Part shown: positions 1-9,862 of the stretch, piece by piece
How positions within the stretch are numbered: position 1 is the stretch's first letter
Layout: each line of letters begins with the position of its first letter
From: an uncultured Acidobacteriota bacterium
GTDB taxonomy: Bacteria > Acidobacteriota > Blastocatellia > Pyrinomonadales > Pyrinomonadaceae
Direction of reading: 5' to 3'
Length of the DNA: 32,000 bases
Assembly (NCBI GenBank): GCA_963789185.1
Contig: CAWBJU010000022.1
Location: 181,853-213,852 of the forward strand
Position numbers and translations under genes: made by a program
The notes under the pieces: generated by a model
The model's input: the letters and a program-made list of their open reading frames with translations, nothing else
Database searches by the model: none
Told to the model about the DNA's origin: nothing

Positions 1-373
1 AGAGTAGTGTGGGTGGAAAGCCACATCGCGGCACTGCTAGGGATTTCGCATAAATATCCTAAAACACGGATACAGGTACATTCTTTGCATCTCCGAAAAA
101 CGGTTGGTCTCCCCAAATGTTCCAACTCTGATATCTCACGAATCCTAAGAGTGAGATTTATGTTGATAAGAACGGCTCACGAGGCCTCGGTAGTAAGCAA
201 TTCCGAGGCGCCCAGGTTCTCAAGGTGCACGTGACCGGTCGATTATTACTCGGAAGAACGCGCCGTCCTTGCTCAGCGGTTGTTCTTCAAGCTGGCTTCT
301 TAAGCTGATCAAGTTTTCCTAACAGCTTTAAGGAGGTCCCTTCAAAAAAGTTATGTTTCGGGAAGGAGCCCAA

Positions 374-3300
374 ATGAAGAAATTGTTTTATGCCTTCATG
401 CTTGCGTCCCTGACTCTCTGCCTTTCAGCCGTAGTGGCTATGGCCCAGAGCAGCGCGGGTGTGACAGGAACAGTAAAAGACAGCAACGGCGCAGTGGTCG
501 CCGGAGCTGACGTTAAATTGACAGACACCAAGACCGGTGCGGAACTCAACACCAAGACAAACGATCAAGGTGTGTATAACTTCCAGAAAGTTGCGCCGGG
601 AACTGGTTACAAGCTCACGTTTACAAACGCCGGTTTCCAGACACTGGTTATCAACGATGTCGCACTCGGCGTCGACACCACTTCAACTCACAATGCTGAA
701 TTGACCATTGGTGAAGTGACGGGAACGGTGGTCGTCACGGCTTCGAATGAAGTTACGCTGAACACCAGCGATGCCAGTATCGGAAACGTGATCGGAGAGC
801 GCAGACTGAAAGAACTCCCGATCCAAATTCGCAATTCCCCTGCCGCGCTCATCGGTCTGCAAGCGGGCGTCGTAGGTAACAACGTTGGTGCGACCGGCGG
901 CAACCGTATCGGTTCCGTCACCGGCGCGCGCACGGACCAGGGCAACATCACGGTCGACGGTATCGACGTGAACGACCAGACAACTGGCCAGTTTGCGGCG
1001 ACTGTTGGTAATGCTCCGATCGACGCGATCCAGGAATTCCGTGCTGTGTCGACGAACCCCGGTGCTTCCGATGGACGAAGCAGCGGCGGCCAGGTCGAGT
1101 TGGTGACGAAGAGCGGTACGAATGAGTTTCACGGAAACCTTCGTGAATACAATCGCACCGCAGCTACGGCAGCCAACACGTTTTTCAACAACAAAAACGG
1201 AATTCCCCGTCCGGCGTTGACGCGAAACCAGTTTGGCGGCAGCATCGGTGGGCCGATCGCGAAAGACAAGCTCTTCTTCTTCTTTGACTATGAAGGCCGA
1301 TGGGATGCGCAGCAGGTAACCAATCTTCGAATTGTTCCGCTGCAGCACTTCCGTGAGGGCCGGGTTGCGTTTCAGAATCAGACCGCTGGATGTCCAACGA
1401 GTCCGCGACTGACAACGGCCCCGCAATGTATCACCATTCTGACGCAGGCGCAGGTTGCGGCATTGGATCCACTGGGAGTTGGCGGAGACGCATCATTGTT
1501 GAGCTTCGTCAACGAGCGTTATCCGTTACCGAACGACCTGTCGGCAGGTGACGGAATCAACACGGGTGGTTTCCGCTTCAACTCACCATCGAGACGAAGG
1601 GACAACACCTACACGACGCGCATCGACTTCAACCCCGCTTCAGCTCACAAGCTGTTTGGCCGGTTCAACATTGCTCGTCGTCAACAGACAGATACGGTTA
1701 ACACCGTTGCCGCTCAGTTCCCGGGCGACCCCGAAACAGGTCAGATTATCGTTCGCGATTACACCTGGGTCGTTGGTCACACGTGGACCGCGAGCCCGAC
1801 GTTTGTGAACCAAATTACGGTTGGTGCTGCTCGTTCGGGCTTGCTTTTCCCGAATAACTTCGCGCCGGCATTCCCAAACTCCTTTACGTTCGGAGCGGGA
1901 TTGTCAGCGCCGTTCGCGAGCATCAGTTCACAGGATCGCTTCGTGCTCGTACCGACTTATCGTAACGATGCGACCTGGACCAAGGGAACCCACTCGATCG
2001 AGTTCGGCGGTTCCTTCAAACCAACCAATCAGCAATCCGGACTCGTCAACGACTTTAACTTCGTGACAGTCGGATTGGGTGGAGCGCTCACAGCTCTTAA
2101 TGCTTCACTAAGACCGGCCACCATTCGCAATAACACGGCAGCAAGAGGAAATTACGATGCAGCGTTCGCATTCCTTTTGGGTCGTTATTCAGGCGTTCAA
2201 ACCAACTTTAACTACGATCCGAGCGGTACTGCGTTCGCTCCGGGAACCGGAAAAGTACGCAACTATCGCTACGACGAACTTGAGCTCTACGTACAGGACA
2301 ACTGGAGAGTCCGTAACAACCTGACGCTGAACCTTGGCGTCCGTTGGCATCTCTCTCCGGCTCCATACGAGAGAGACGGATTCCAGGCAGCGCAAGACGT
2401 CGACATGCGTCAGTTGTTCGACCTTCGTCAGCGTAATGCAGCGGCGGGAATCTTTGGTGCAGACGCCGAGCCGTTGCTGCGCTACGACCTGGTCGGTAAA
2501 GGCAACAATGCTCGCGCGCTGTACGAAACTGACCTGAATAACTTTGCTCCTAGATTTGGCTTTGCCTACACGCCGGCATTCAAGGACGGTTTCCTTGGCA
2601 AGCTCTTCGGCGATAGCAAGACCGTGATCCGAGGCGGAGCCTCCGTGACTTACGATCGGCCCAGCGGCGCGATCACGTTTATTCAGGATCAGGTCTCTTA
2701 CCTGTTCGATAACTCAGCGACAACGCTGTTCCCATTGGGTGGCAGCGCGAATGCCGCTTTGACGAACAATCCGCGCTTTACGACCATCGCTCAGTCGCCC
2801 GTTCAGAATGCGGCGCCTGTCATTACGCGGCCGTTCACGCCGTTTGGCATAGACGGTCTGGCCAGTGGCGAGTTCAACTACGCTGTGGATCAGAGATTCC
2901 GTATTCCGTACTCGATGCAGTACAGCTTTGGCTTCCAACGTGAGTTGCCCGGTGATTTTATCCTCGAGGCTTCTTACGTGGGTCGTCAGGGCAGGAAGCT
3001 CTTTTCGCAGGCTGACGTTGCCCAGGTATTGAACTTCCGGGATCCCGATTCCGGTCAGTTCCTGCTCGACGCTTTCAACGGCTTACAGCACCAGTTGTTG
3101 AACGATCTTCCGATTACGGCCCAGCCGTGGTTCGAGAACCGGGTGCTGGGTGGAACTCAGACCGTCCTCGACTTTGTGTCGTTGGAGGCTCTCCGCGGTA
3201 ATACGGCGGATGCGATGTTCGTGCTTTACCTGATTGGTGCCACGGAACCAAATGTGGGAATGAGTGCGCAATTCGGCACCAACGTCTACATTTCCAACCA

Positions 3301-4084
3301 GGGAGCGTCTTCCTACGACGGCATGCTGGTGAGCTTGCGGAAGCGTTTCTCGCAGGGTCTCCAGTTTGACTTCAACTACACCTGGTCGCACTCAATCGAC
3401 AATGGTTCCAGTATCACGAATACTGTTACCGGTGGATTGGTTTGCGATATGACCAACCTCCGCGTCTGCCGTGGAAATTCTGACTTCGACATTCGTCACC
3501 TCGTCAATGCGAACTTCATTTACGAGTTGCCGTTCGGTCGTGGACAGCGCTTCGGCAGCGGAATGCCAGGATGGGCGAACCAGATCATCGGTGGCTGGGA
3601 AGTTAGTGGTATATTCACAGCTCGCAGCGGTCTGGCATTCGGCACCACAAGTGGTACCTTCCCGGTGGGCTTCAACTTCAATAGCCCGGCGGCGATCAAC
3701 ACTGGTGCTAACCTTGCGGCTCTTCGCGCACGGATTCACGATGTTGGAAGTACGATTCAGTTCTTCGACGACCAGACTGACGTGTTCGATCCGCAAAACC
3801 CGACAGCGGGCGCTCTTCGTTTCCCGCGTCACGGCGAGATCGGCAGCCGTAACATCCTTCGTGGACCAGGCTTCTGGAACCTCGACACGGCAGTCATGAA
3901 GAATTTCAAGATGCCATGGTCAGAGAGCCAGTCGCTTCAGATCCGTTGGGAGTCCTTCAATCTTTTCAACCATCACAGCTTCGGTTTGCCGGCTGCGAAC
4001 ATTGTTGGAGCGACCTTCGGACAGATCACCACTTCGGCAAGTGCGGCTCGCGAAATGCAATTCGCGATTCGCTATAGCTTCTAA
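374..4084 (+). CDS. TonB-dependent outer-membrane receptor with N-terminal carboxypeptidase-regulatory-like domain
   Basis: Track ORF is 353..4084. I prefer ATG 374, preceded by AAGGAG at 363-368, which gives the signal peptide MKKLFYAFMLASLTLCLSAVVAMA|Q. There is a CarboxypepD_reg-like segment (GVTGTVKDSNGAVVAGADVKLTD) and a plug-like segment (NVIGERRLKELPIQIRNSPAALIGLQAGV). The long beta-rich body ends in an aromatic residue (FAIRYSF), as in OM barrels. Confidence 0.85.
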   Translation: MKKLFYAFMLASLTLCLSAVVAMAQSSAGVTGTVKDSNGAVVAGADVKLTDTKTGAELNTKTNDQGVYNFQKVAPGTGYKLTFTNAGFQTLVINDVALGVDTTSTHNAELTIGEVTGTVVVTASNEVTLNTSDASIGNVIGERRLKELPIQIRNSPAALIGLQAGVVGNNVGATGGNRIGSVTGARTDQGNITVDGIDVNDQTTGQFAATVGNAPIDAIQEFRAVSTNPGASDGRSSGGQVELVTKSGTNEFHGNLREYNRTAATAANTFFNNKNGIPRPALTRNQFGGSIGGPIAKDKLFFFFDYEGRWDAQQVTNLRIVPLQHFREGRVAFQNQTAGCPTSPRLTTAPQCITILTQAQVAALDPLGVGGDASLLSFVNERYPLPNDLSAGDGINTGGFRFNSPSRRRDNTYTTRIDFNPASAHKLFGRFNIARRQQTDTVNTVAAQFPGDPETGQIIVRDYTWVVGHTWTASPTFVNQITVGAARSGLLFPNNFAPAFPNSFTFGAGLSAPFASISSQDRFVLVPTYRNDATWTKGTHSIEFGGSFKPTNQQSGLVNDFNFVTVGLGGALTALNASLRPATIRNNTAARGNYDAAFAFLLGRYSGVQTNFNYDPSGTAFAPGTGKVRNYRYDELELYVQDNWRVRNNLTLNLGVRWHLSPAPYERDGFQAAQDVDMRQLFDLRQRNAAAGIFGADAEPLLRYDLVGKGNNARALYETDLNNFAPRFGFAYTPAFKDGFLGKLFGDSKTVIRGGASVTYDRPSGAITFIQDQVSYLFDNSATTLFPLGGSANAALTNNPRFTTIAQSPVQNAAPVITRPFTPFGIDGLASGEFNYAVDQRFRIPYSMQYSFGFQRELPGDFILEASYVGRQGRKLFSQADVAQVLNFRDPDSGQFLLDAFNGLQHQLLNDLPITAQPWFENRVLGGTQTVLDFVSLEALRGNTADAMFVLYLIGATEPNVGMSAQFGTNVYISNQGASSYDGMLVSLRKRFSQGLQFDFNYTWSHSIDNGSSITNTVTGGLVCDMTNLRVCRGNSDFDIRHLVNANFIYELPFGRGQRFGSGMPGWANQIIGGWEVSGIFTARSGLAFGTTSGTFPVGFNFNSPAAINTGANLAALRARIHDVGSTIQFFDDQTDVFDPQNPTAGALRFPRHGEIGSRNILRGPGFWNLDTAVMKNFKMPWSESQSLQIRWESFNLFNHHSFGLPAANIVGATFGQITTSASAAREMQFAIRYSF

Positions 4085-4110
4085 TTTGTGTTCACGTAAC
4101 ACCTTTCCAC

Positions 4111-4142
4111 GGGCTCTCACGAAAGTGGGAGCCCGCTTTTTC
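4111..4142 (+). terminator. Rho-independent terminator after the receptor gene
   Basis: GGGCTCTCAC (4111-4120), GAAA loop, GTGGGAGCCC (4125-4134). This is a 10-bp stem with one G-U pair, followed by GCTTTTTTC. Confidence 0.7.
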
Positions 4143-4156
4143 TTGTGAGATCCGCC

Positions 4157-5149
4157 ATGCAAAAAAAATTGACTAGCATCGTCACGCTATTTCTGGTTCT
4201 TGTTGCGATCCAAGTCTATTTACCTTCCGCCATGGCCCAGGGCGGATTAACGATTTTCGGGGACGTGCGCATCACCAGTGATGGCAACACACTCGTTCCC
4301 AAGGACGTGCTGTTGTTACTGAGGCGTATACCGGACGGCGAGGTGGCTCGGCAAATCGTTTCGAGTCGTGGCCGTTACCGGTTCACTAATTTGAAAGAGG
4401 GCGAGTACGAAATTGTCGCGGAGGCCGAGGGCAAGGAGATCGGGCGCTTGACGCAGATCAGAATCGGCGGCATGACTTTGAGTAATAGTCCTTACGGCTA
4501 TCAGAACGATCTCGAGATTCGCTGGAGATCAGGTGCAGCTGCATCAGTCGGAGGAGTTATTTCCGCTGCTGATGCTTATGAACGACCCGCTTCTACCAAA
4601 CCGATTTTCCTGAAAGCTGAGGAAGCGGTAGCGAAAAAGAAATTCGATCAGGCAGTCACGCTGCTGAAACAGGTTGTGGAAACAGACAACGCCGACTTCC
4701 AGGCGTGGACCGCACTCGGCACTGTTTACCTCGCGCAAGAGAAATTTGACGACGCGCGACAGGCTTACGAACATGCGATCTCAGTGAAGCCTGAATCTCC
4801 ACGCGCTCATTTCAACCTCGGAAAACTGCTGTCATCGCAGAAGAAATTCGAGGAAGCAATCGTGCCACTAACCAAAGCCGTTGAGCTGCAGCCGACATCA
4901 GGCGACGGCAACATGCTGCTCGGCGAAGCCTATCTCCAAGTCAAGAAAGGCTCGAAGGCGATTCCGTATCTCAACGAAGCCGCGATACATGGTCGCCCAG
5001 ACGCTCACCTTCGCCTTGGCTGGCTCTACAATGCGGCCGGCTTGAAAGACAAAGCGGCGATTGAATACGAAGAGTACCTGAAGAAAAACCCTGAATATCC
5101 GGAGCGAAACAAGCTAAAGGAGTACATCCTCGCTAACAAAAAGAGTTAA
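4157..5149 (+). CDS. Secreted TPR-repeat protein with N-terminal carboxypeptidase-regulatory-like beta-sandwich
   Basis: Track ORF is 4145..5149 (GTG). I prefer ATG 4157, giving the signal peptide MQKKLTSIVTLFLVLVAIQVYLPSAMA|Q. The N-terminal part (RYRFTNLKEGEYEIV) is beta-sandwich-like. The C-terminal half has clear TPR units (AWTALGTVYLAQEKFDDARQAYEHAISVKPESPRAHFNLGKLL...). Confidence 0.75.
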   Translation: MQKKLTSIVTLFLVLVAIQVYLPSAMAQGGLTIFGDVRITSDGNTLVPKDVLLLLRRIPDGEVARQIVSSRGRYRFTNLKEGEYEIVAEAEGKEIGRLTQIRIGGMTLSNSPYGYQNDLEIRWRSGAAASVGGVISAADAYERPASTKPIFLKAEEAVAKKKFDQAVTLLKQVVETDNADFQAWTALGTVYLAQEKFDDARQAYEHAISVKPESPRAHFNLGKLLSSQKKFEEAIVPLTKAVELQPTSGDGNMLLGEAYLQVKKGSKAIPYLNEAAIHGRPDAHLRLGWLYNAAGLKDKAAIEYEEYLKKNPEYPERNKLKEYILANKKS

Positions 5150-5160
5150 ACTCCGCAGCG

Positions 5161-6480
5161 TTGCGCTTCGTTTTCACTAAACTCTTTTATTTCCTGCTGG
5201 CCCTGGCGTTCGTCCCCCTCGCATTATCCGGCGGACGCCCGTGGCTGGCATGGCTCGCACTCGGTTACAACCTTCTGCTGATCGCCGTCGCTATCGTCGA
5301 CGCGCGCCTCAGCAAGCTTCCCAAAAACTTAAAAATCTATCGCGAGTTCGGTGGCCGCTTCGCAATGGGCGCTGAAACCGAGGCGAGGATTCATATTCAT
5401 AATGGATCCAACCGCAACATCTCACTAAAGTTGAAAGATGAGTATCCGCCGCAGATGATCCTGAGCGGATCACGCGACGTGGATTTGCGCGTTGACGCAC
5501 ATAGCACGGCGACTTTGATTTACGGCGTGACACCGCCGCGACGCGGCAGGTTTGAGTTTGGGCACACGGCCGTTCGCTTTCGTTCGCTGCTCAATCTCGT
5601 GTGGTGCGAGACGCGCGCGTCGGAACCGATCACTGTCAAAGTTTATCCAAACATGCGGCGGGCACGAGAAGCGGAGTTGAAAGCGCTGGGCGCGCGGTCA
5701 CTCGTCTCCTCACATCGCAAGACTTCCTGGCGTGGCGAAGGACGCGAGTTTGAATCGATGCGCGACTACGTTCGCGGCGACGAGTTGCGCCACATCTCAT
5801 GGACCGCAACCGCACGCCGCGGAAAACTGACCACGCGGCAATATCAAATCGAACGAGATCAAACCATCCTCATCGCCCTCGATGCCGGACGGTTGATGAC
5901 CGCGCGTATTGAGCAGGAGACGAAACTCGATTCGGCTGTTCACGCCACCCTCGCGTTGTTTTCAGCGGCGGCGCGGGCCGGCGACAACGCGGGCCTCGTA
6001 GTGTTTGGCCGCCGGATCAAGAGCTATCTCGCACCGAGTCGCGGGCGCGATCACATCGAAGCAGCACTCGAAGCACTCTACGCTGTCGAACCAGAGATGA
6101 TCGAGCCTTCTTATCCTCATGCGTTTGAGTTCATCGCCGCCAACAGCAAGCGACGCGCCCTCGTAATCCTGTTGACTGATCTGGTTGACGAAGAAGGTTC
6201 GAAAGAGTTGCTGACGTCGCTTCACCTGTTGCGGCCGCGCCATTTGCCGCTCGTAGTTACGATCGCCGATCGTGATTTGAAAGCAGTGGTGCGTGAAACG
6301 CCTGACACGATTCGTTCAGTGTTTACTCAATCTGTGGCGGAAGAGATCATTCATCACCGTGAGGCGGCGCTTCGTTTGGTTGAATCCACTGGCGGCCTCG
6401 CGCTTGACGTAACCGCCGCGGCGCTTGCGCCGGCTTTACTCGAAACTTATTTGCGCGTGAAAGAACGCGGGCTGTTGTAA
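5161..6480 (+). CDS. DUF58 family protein (vWA-like, normally the partner of a MoxR AAA+ ATPase)
   Basis: 439-aa ORF with a TTG start. It has two N-terminal TM helices and the DUF58 signature region FESMRDYVRGDELRHISWTATARRGKLTTRQY, followed by a vWA-like ILIALDAGRLM segment. Confidence 0.8.
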   Translation: MRFVFTKLFYFLLALAFVPLALSGGRPWLAWLALGYNLLLIAVAIVDARLSKLPKNLKIYREFGGRFAMGAETEARIHIHNGSNRNISLKLKDEYPPQMILSGSRDVDLRVDAHSTATLIYGVTPPRRGRFEFGHTAVRFRSLLNLVWCETRASEPITVKVYPNMRRAREAELKALGARSLVSSHRKTSWRGEGREFESMRDYVRGDELRHISWTATARRGKLTTRQYQIERDQTILIALDAGRLMTARIEQETKLDSAVHATLALFSAAARAGDNAGLVVFGRRIKSYLAPSRGRDHIEAALEALYAVEPEMIEPSYPHAFEFIAANSKRRALVILLTDLVDEEGSKELLTSLHLLRPRHLPLVVTIADRDLKAVVRETPDTIRSVFTQSVAEEIIHHREAALRLVESTGGLALDVTAAALAPALLETYLRVKERGLL

Positions 6481-6487
6481 GACTTCG

Positions 6488-7441
6488 TTATTTGTGGCCG
6501 GCAAATAGCAGGTAGGAATACAGCGCCACACCAGTCACCGCCGCGACGCTGTATTTGATTCGCGGATCGATCAGCGCCGGTGAAATAAATCCCTCGATAA
6601 TTCCCGCGATCACCAATAGCATCGCTACTCCGACCATCAAGCGAACTGCTTCCATCCCTCGCGTTTTCAGTGCGTCCGCGCGAGTTAGATCGCCGGGCAT
6701 GATTATCGCGGTCCCAACCAGTAGTCCCGATCCTCCGGCGATAAAGATACAGGTCAGTTCGATCACGCCGTGGGCCACCATGAACGTCACCAAATCGTTT
6801 CCGAAACCGGCGCGATAAGTTAGTGCGAGAACTGAGCCAATATTCGCGCCGTTATACGCGAGATAAAAAAGCGTTCCCACCCCGAATGTCGCGCCGAATG
6901 CAAACGTGTAGATCGTGACCATGATGTTGTTGGTCATGATCCCGCTGGCGCCGACCTGATTGGCTTCGTTGAGCGATTCCCACCAATGCGTCTTGGTTTC
7001 GATGACCGTTTCTCGAAACGCTGCATCGACGCCGATAAGTTCGGAAAATTCCGCGTCGTACCGCGTTCCGACAAAACTAAGGACGCCGAAGATGAAAAAG
7101 ACGAAGAACGATACGAAGGTATAGCGCCAGGTGCGGCGAAACGTTCGCGGCAGTTCGTGAGTGAAGTAGTTAAGAATCCTTTTGCCGCCCTGCGCGTCCG
7201 CGCGATAGATGCGGCCGTGGGCGCGAATGACGAGACTGTTGAGATAGTTAACAAGGCGCGGATCGCGCGACTCAGCGCGCGCGATGGCGAGGTCCGACGC
7301 AGTGCGACGATAAATGCGGCCCAGCTCGCGCACCTCTTCGCGGTTTAAGCGCCGCAGCGACGCGTAGTCGAGCAGCCTAAGCAGTTCCTCCAACCGTTGC
7401 CAGGCGTTTTTCCGTTGATTGATGAATCGATCCTGAGGCAT
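6488..7441 (-). CDS. SpoIIM-like / DUF95 polytopic membrane protein
   Basis: Track ORF is 6488..7471. I prefer ATG 7441 (MPQDRFINQRKNAWQRLEELL). The protein has a cytoplasmic helical N-domain and then multiple TM helices. The family assignment is from memory of the PF01944-type architecture, which often accompanies MoxR/DUF58 loci. Confidence 0.6.
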   Translation of the reverse strand: MPQDRFINQRKNAWQRLEELLRLLDYASLRRLNREEVRELGRIYRRTASDLAIARAESRDPRLVNYLNSLVIRAHGRIYRADAQGGKRILNYFTHELPRTFRRTWRYTFVSFFVFFIFGVLSFVGTRYDAEFSELIGVDAAFRETVIETKTHWWESLNEANQVGASGIMTNNIMVTIYTFAFGATFGVGTLFYLAYNGANIGSVLALTYRAGFGNDLVTFMVAHGVIELTCIFIAGGSGLLVGTAIIMPGDLTRADALKTRGMEAVRLMVGVAMLLVIAGIIEGFISPALIDPRIKYSVAAVTGVALYSYLLFAGHK

Positions 7442-7465
7442 CGAGGCTTTATACTTCACACACGA

Positions 7466-8341
7466 ATGCAACGTCTAGTGGAATGTGTTCCAAACTTCAG
7501 CGAGGGCCGAAATCCGGAAACGGTCCGGCAGATTGCCGCAGCAATCGGGTCGGTTGAAACGGCCTGTGTGCTGGACCGGCACATCGATCCGGATCACAAC
7601 CGCTCAGTAATCACGTTTGTTGCGACGGCCGAGCACGTCGTAGAAGCCGCGTTTGCGGGGGTCAAGTGCGCGTCCAAATTGATCGATATGCGCCGGCATG
7701 AGGGTGTGCATCCTCGTCTGGGAGCGACGGACGTCTTGCCGTTTGTTCCTATTCGCCGCGTCACGATTGACGACTGTGTCACGCTCGCTCATGAGACGGG
7801 AAGTATGATTGCGCGCGACCTCTCGATTCCCGTTTACTACTACGAACGAGCGGCGTTGCATCCGGAGCGAGTAAACCTCGAGGATGTTCGTCGCGGAGCG
7901 CGGTCACAAATGGTGCCCGATGAAGGTCCCGATCGATTTCATGATTCCGCTGGAGCAATCGTGGTCGGTGCGCGTCCTTTTCTGATCGCCTTTAATGTCG
8001 TACTGCGCAGCGACGACGTTGCCATCGCTCGGCGCATCGCTCGGACCATCCGGGCCAGAAACGGTGGGTTACCGTTCTTGAAAGCACTCGGATTTCAATT
8101 GCAGACGCGCAATCTCGTTCAGGTGTCGATGAATTTGGTGAACTATGAAGTCACTGGAATGGGAGACGCTTACAACGCTATTCGACGTGAGGCAGACGCG
8201 CTCGGCGTGGACGTCGCAAGCACGGAGATTGTGGGACTTGTGCCGCGAAATGCGCTGGATCGGGACGCGGAATATTTCCGCAAGCTTGAGAGTTTTTCCG
8301 AGGAAACGATTTTGGAAAACCAGATCGAGAAGTGTTACTGA
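7466..8341 (+). CDS. ftcD: Glutamate formimidoyltransferase
   Basis: Track ORF is 7397..8341. The canonical N-terminus MQRLVECVPNFSEGRN begins at ATG 7466. At about 291 aa, the length fits the transferase domain alone, with no cyclodeaminase domain. Confidence 0.85.
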   Translation: MQRLVECVPNFSEGRNPETVRQIAAAIGSVETACVLDRHIDPDHNRSVITFVATAEHVVEAAFAGVKCASKLIDMRRHEGVHPRLGATDVLPFVPIRRVTIDDCVTLAHETGSMIARDLSIPVYYYERAALHPERVNLEDVRRGARSQMVPDEGPDRFHDSAGAIVVGARPFLIAFNVVLRSDDVAIARRIARTIRARNGGLPFLKALGFQLQTRNLVQVSMNLVNYEVTGMGDAYNAIRREADALGVDVASTEIVGLVPRNALDRDAEYFRKLESFSEETILENQIEKCY

Positions 8342-9780
8342 GATCCGAGGCCGATGATCTGTTGGCGCAGTCGTTTGTCTTTCTGCATCAGTCTCAAATA
8401 GGTTGTTTCTTCGGCGGCCGCTTTTGCGCGAACGAGCCGGTCAGGTAACAGCGAGAGCAAAGGCTCGAGCTGCCCCTTCAATTTGAACCCGATGTTGCGG
8501 ATCTGAAAACGATCCCAATCCCCGTTTTCCGTGCCGCGAAGTTGAAAGATCATTGGACCTTTGGCCAGTGCGCGCAGCGTCCTGGGCGGTGTCCGGTATC
8601 CTTTTCGTGTCGCGATCTTCTTCTCTTCCTTTTCAGCGAGCGTCACCAACTCGCGGCGCATCGGACGGAACCCCAATTTCCGATAGAACCAGAACGCACC
8701 TGACTCAATTCCTTCTTCATTCTCGTGCCCGATCTGATACGGATCGAGCGTGAATGCAGTGGCGCCTGTGAAGTGGTGCATAACGTTGAGCATGCGAGCA
8801 TAAAGCCAGGCCGTTTCGCCATCGCGAAACGTGTAGTAAAGGTTGAACCCGCTTTCCATCCGCTCGAAAAGCGTGAGCGATTCAAAGTAACCAACAGGCA
8901 CGCCGTTCTTGTAAATCATTGCCCCGTGAACCGCTCGCAACGGCAGACGTTTTTCACGCGGCAGGCCCACGAGGAACAGTTCAACACCACGACCCAAATC
9001 GGCGTGGTAAACATGCTTCGGATCGCCGTGCGTGAAACCGTAGAGCTCGCGGTACCGGATCGTCGAGGCGTCGCGTGTACGGTCGAGCGCACTTTCACCT
9101 TCGCGCAACGAGAGTTTTCGCAGTGGCGGCGACGGTTGGACCACTTGCTCGTTGAGATCGATGTCGCGACGTTGAATCAAAGGACCGTGGTGGTAAAACA
9201 ATTTCCTCGCCGGAGCGCGAAGACCGGTGCGCGTCGCGCGATACGGCGGCTGCCATTGCACGTAAAGGTTCTGTGAGTCGTAGAGTTCGGCTCTTTGGTC
9301 GTCAGTTGTGGGAAGTTCGCTGAAGCGATCAATCAACCAGGCGAGTTCAGAGCGACCGCCGCGCGCTGCACGCAACCAGTCGCGGTAAGGAACGTGGGCC
9401 TCGACGAATGCATCTTCGGCCAGCAACGGCATGAACCGCGGCCACGTCGCCGCCAGGCGGTTCTCGTCTTCAAACCAGTCCCAGTAGATCGACGTCTGCG
9501 ATGGGTATCGTTGGACCAACGAGCGAACGATATGAAAACCGAATGTGTCGGTGACAGGCGTGCCTTCGATGCCGGAAAGCTGCGGATGTTCGAGTGGACC
9601 GACGTCCACGCCCTGTTCGCTCAACCACGCGACTCGTTGCGCAAAGCCGCGTAGCTCTTTTTCAGCGGCGCGCATTACCTCCGCGCTTTGAGGGTACGCA
9701 CGAACGAAAAGCAGTAGCTCGTGATAGCGAACGAGCGAATCCGTATCCTCAAACTTCGTCCGCGACAGGCGACGCAGCAA
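8335..9780 (-). CDS. Hypothetical protein, helical N-half and GNAT-like C-half
   Basis: 481-aa ORF with a TTG start and good coding character. C-terminal motifs resemble an acyl-CoA N-acyltransferase fold (GAFWFYRKLGFRP). The start is uncertain: the frame stays open and protein-like up to the stop at 9907-9909, with no ATG, GTG or TTG. Confidence 0.6.
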   Translation of the reverse strand: MLRRLSRTKFEDTDSLVRYHELLLFVRAYPQSAEVMRAAEKELRGFAQRVAWLSEQGVDVGPLEHPQLSGIEGTPVTDTFGFHIVRSLVQRYPSQTSIYWDWFEDENRLAATWPRFMPLLAEDAFVEAHVPYRDWLRAARGGRSELAWLIDRFSELPTTDDQRAELYDSQNLYVQWQPPYRATRTGLRAPARKLFYHHGPLIQRRDIDLNEQVVQPSPPLRKLSLREGESALDRTRDASTIRYRELYGFTHGDPKHVYHADLGRGVELFLVGLPREKRLPLRAVHGAMIYKNGVPVGYFESLTLFERMESGFNLYYTFRDGETAWLYARMLNVMHHFTGATAFTLDPYQIGHENEEGIESGAFWFYRKLGFRPMRRELVTLAEKEEKKIATRKGYRTPPRTLRALAKGPMIFQLRGTENGDWDRFQIRNIGFKLKGQLEPLLSLLPDRLVRAKAAAEETTYLRLMQKDKRLRQQIIGLGSQ

Positions 9781-9862
9781 GGCCTGGACCTGCTTCGCTT
9801 CTCTTGGCCCAAACGTGGTTCTTAATTCGTCGAGTTGATCGAGCAGCGCCGTGCCCCCTTGA

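Noticed and set aside
7-234. 75-aa plus-strand ORF at the window start
   Set aside because: It has no SD and no protein-like composition or recognisable motif, and it lies in an AT-rich leader. I treat it as non-coding.
8335-8341. Convergent genes (ftcD and the 481-aa orphan) overlapping by 7 nt at their stops
   Set aside because: This is real in the sequence, but such overlaps are common in compact genomes. It is noted only as context for the absence of a terminator.
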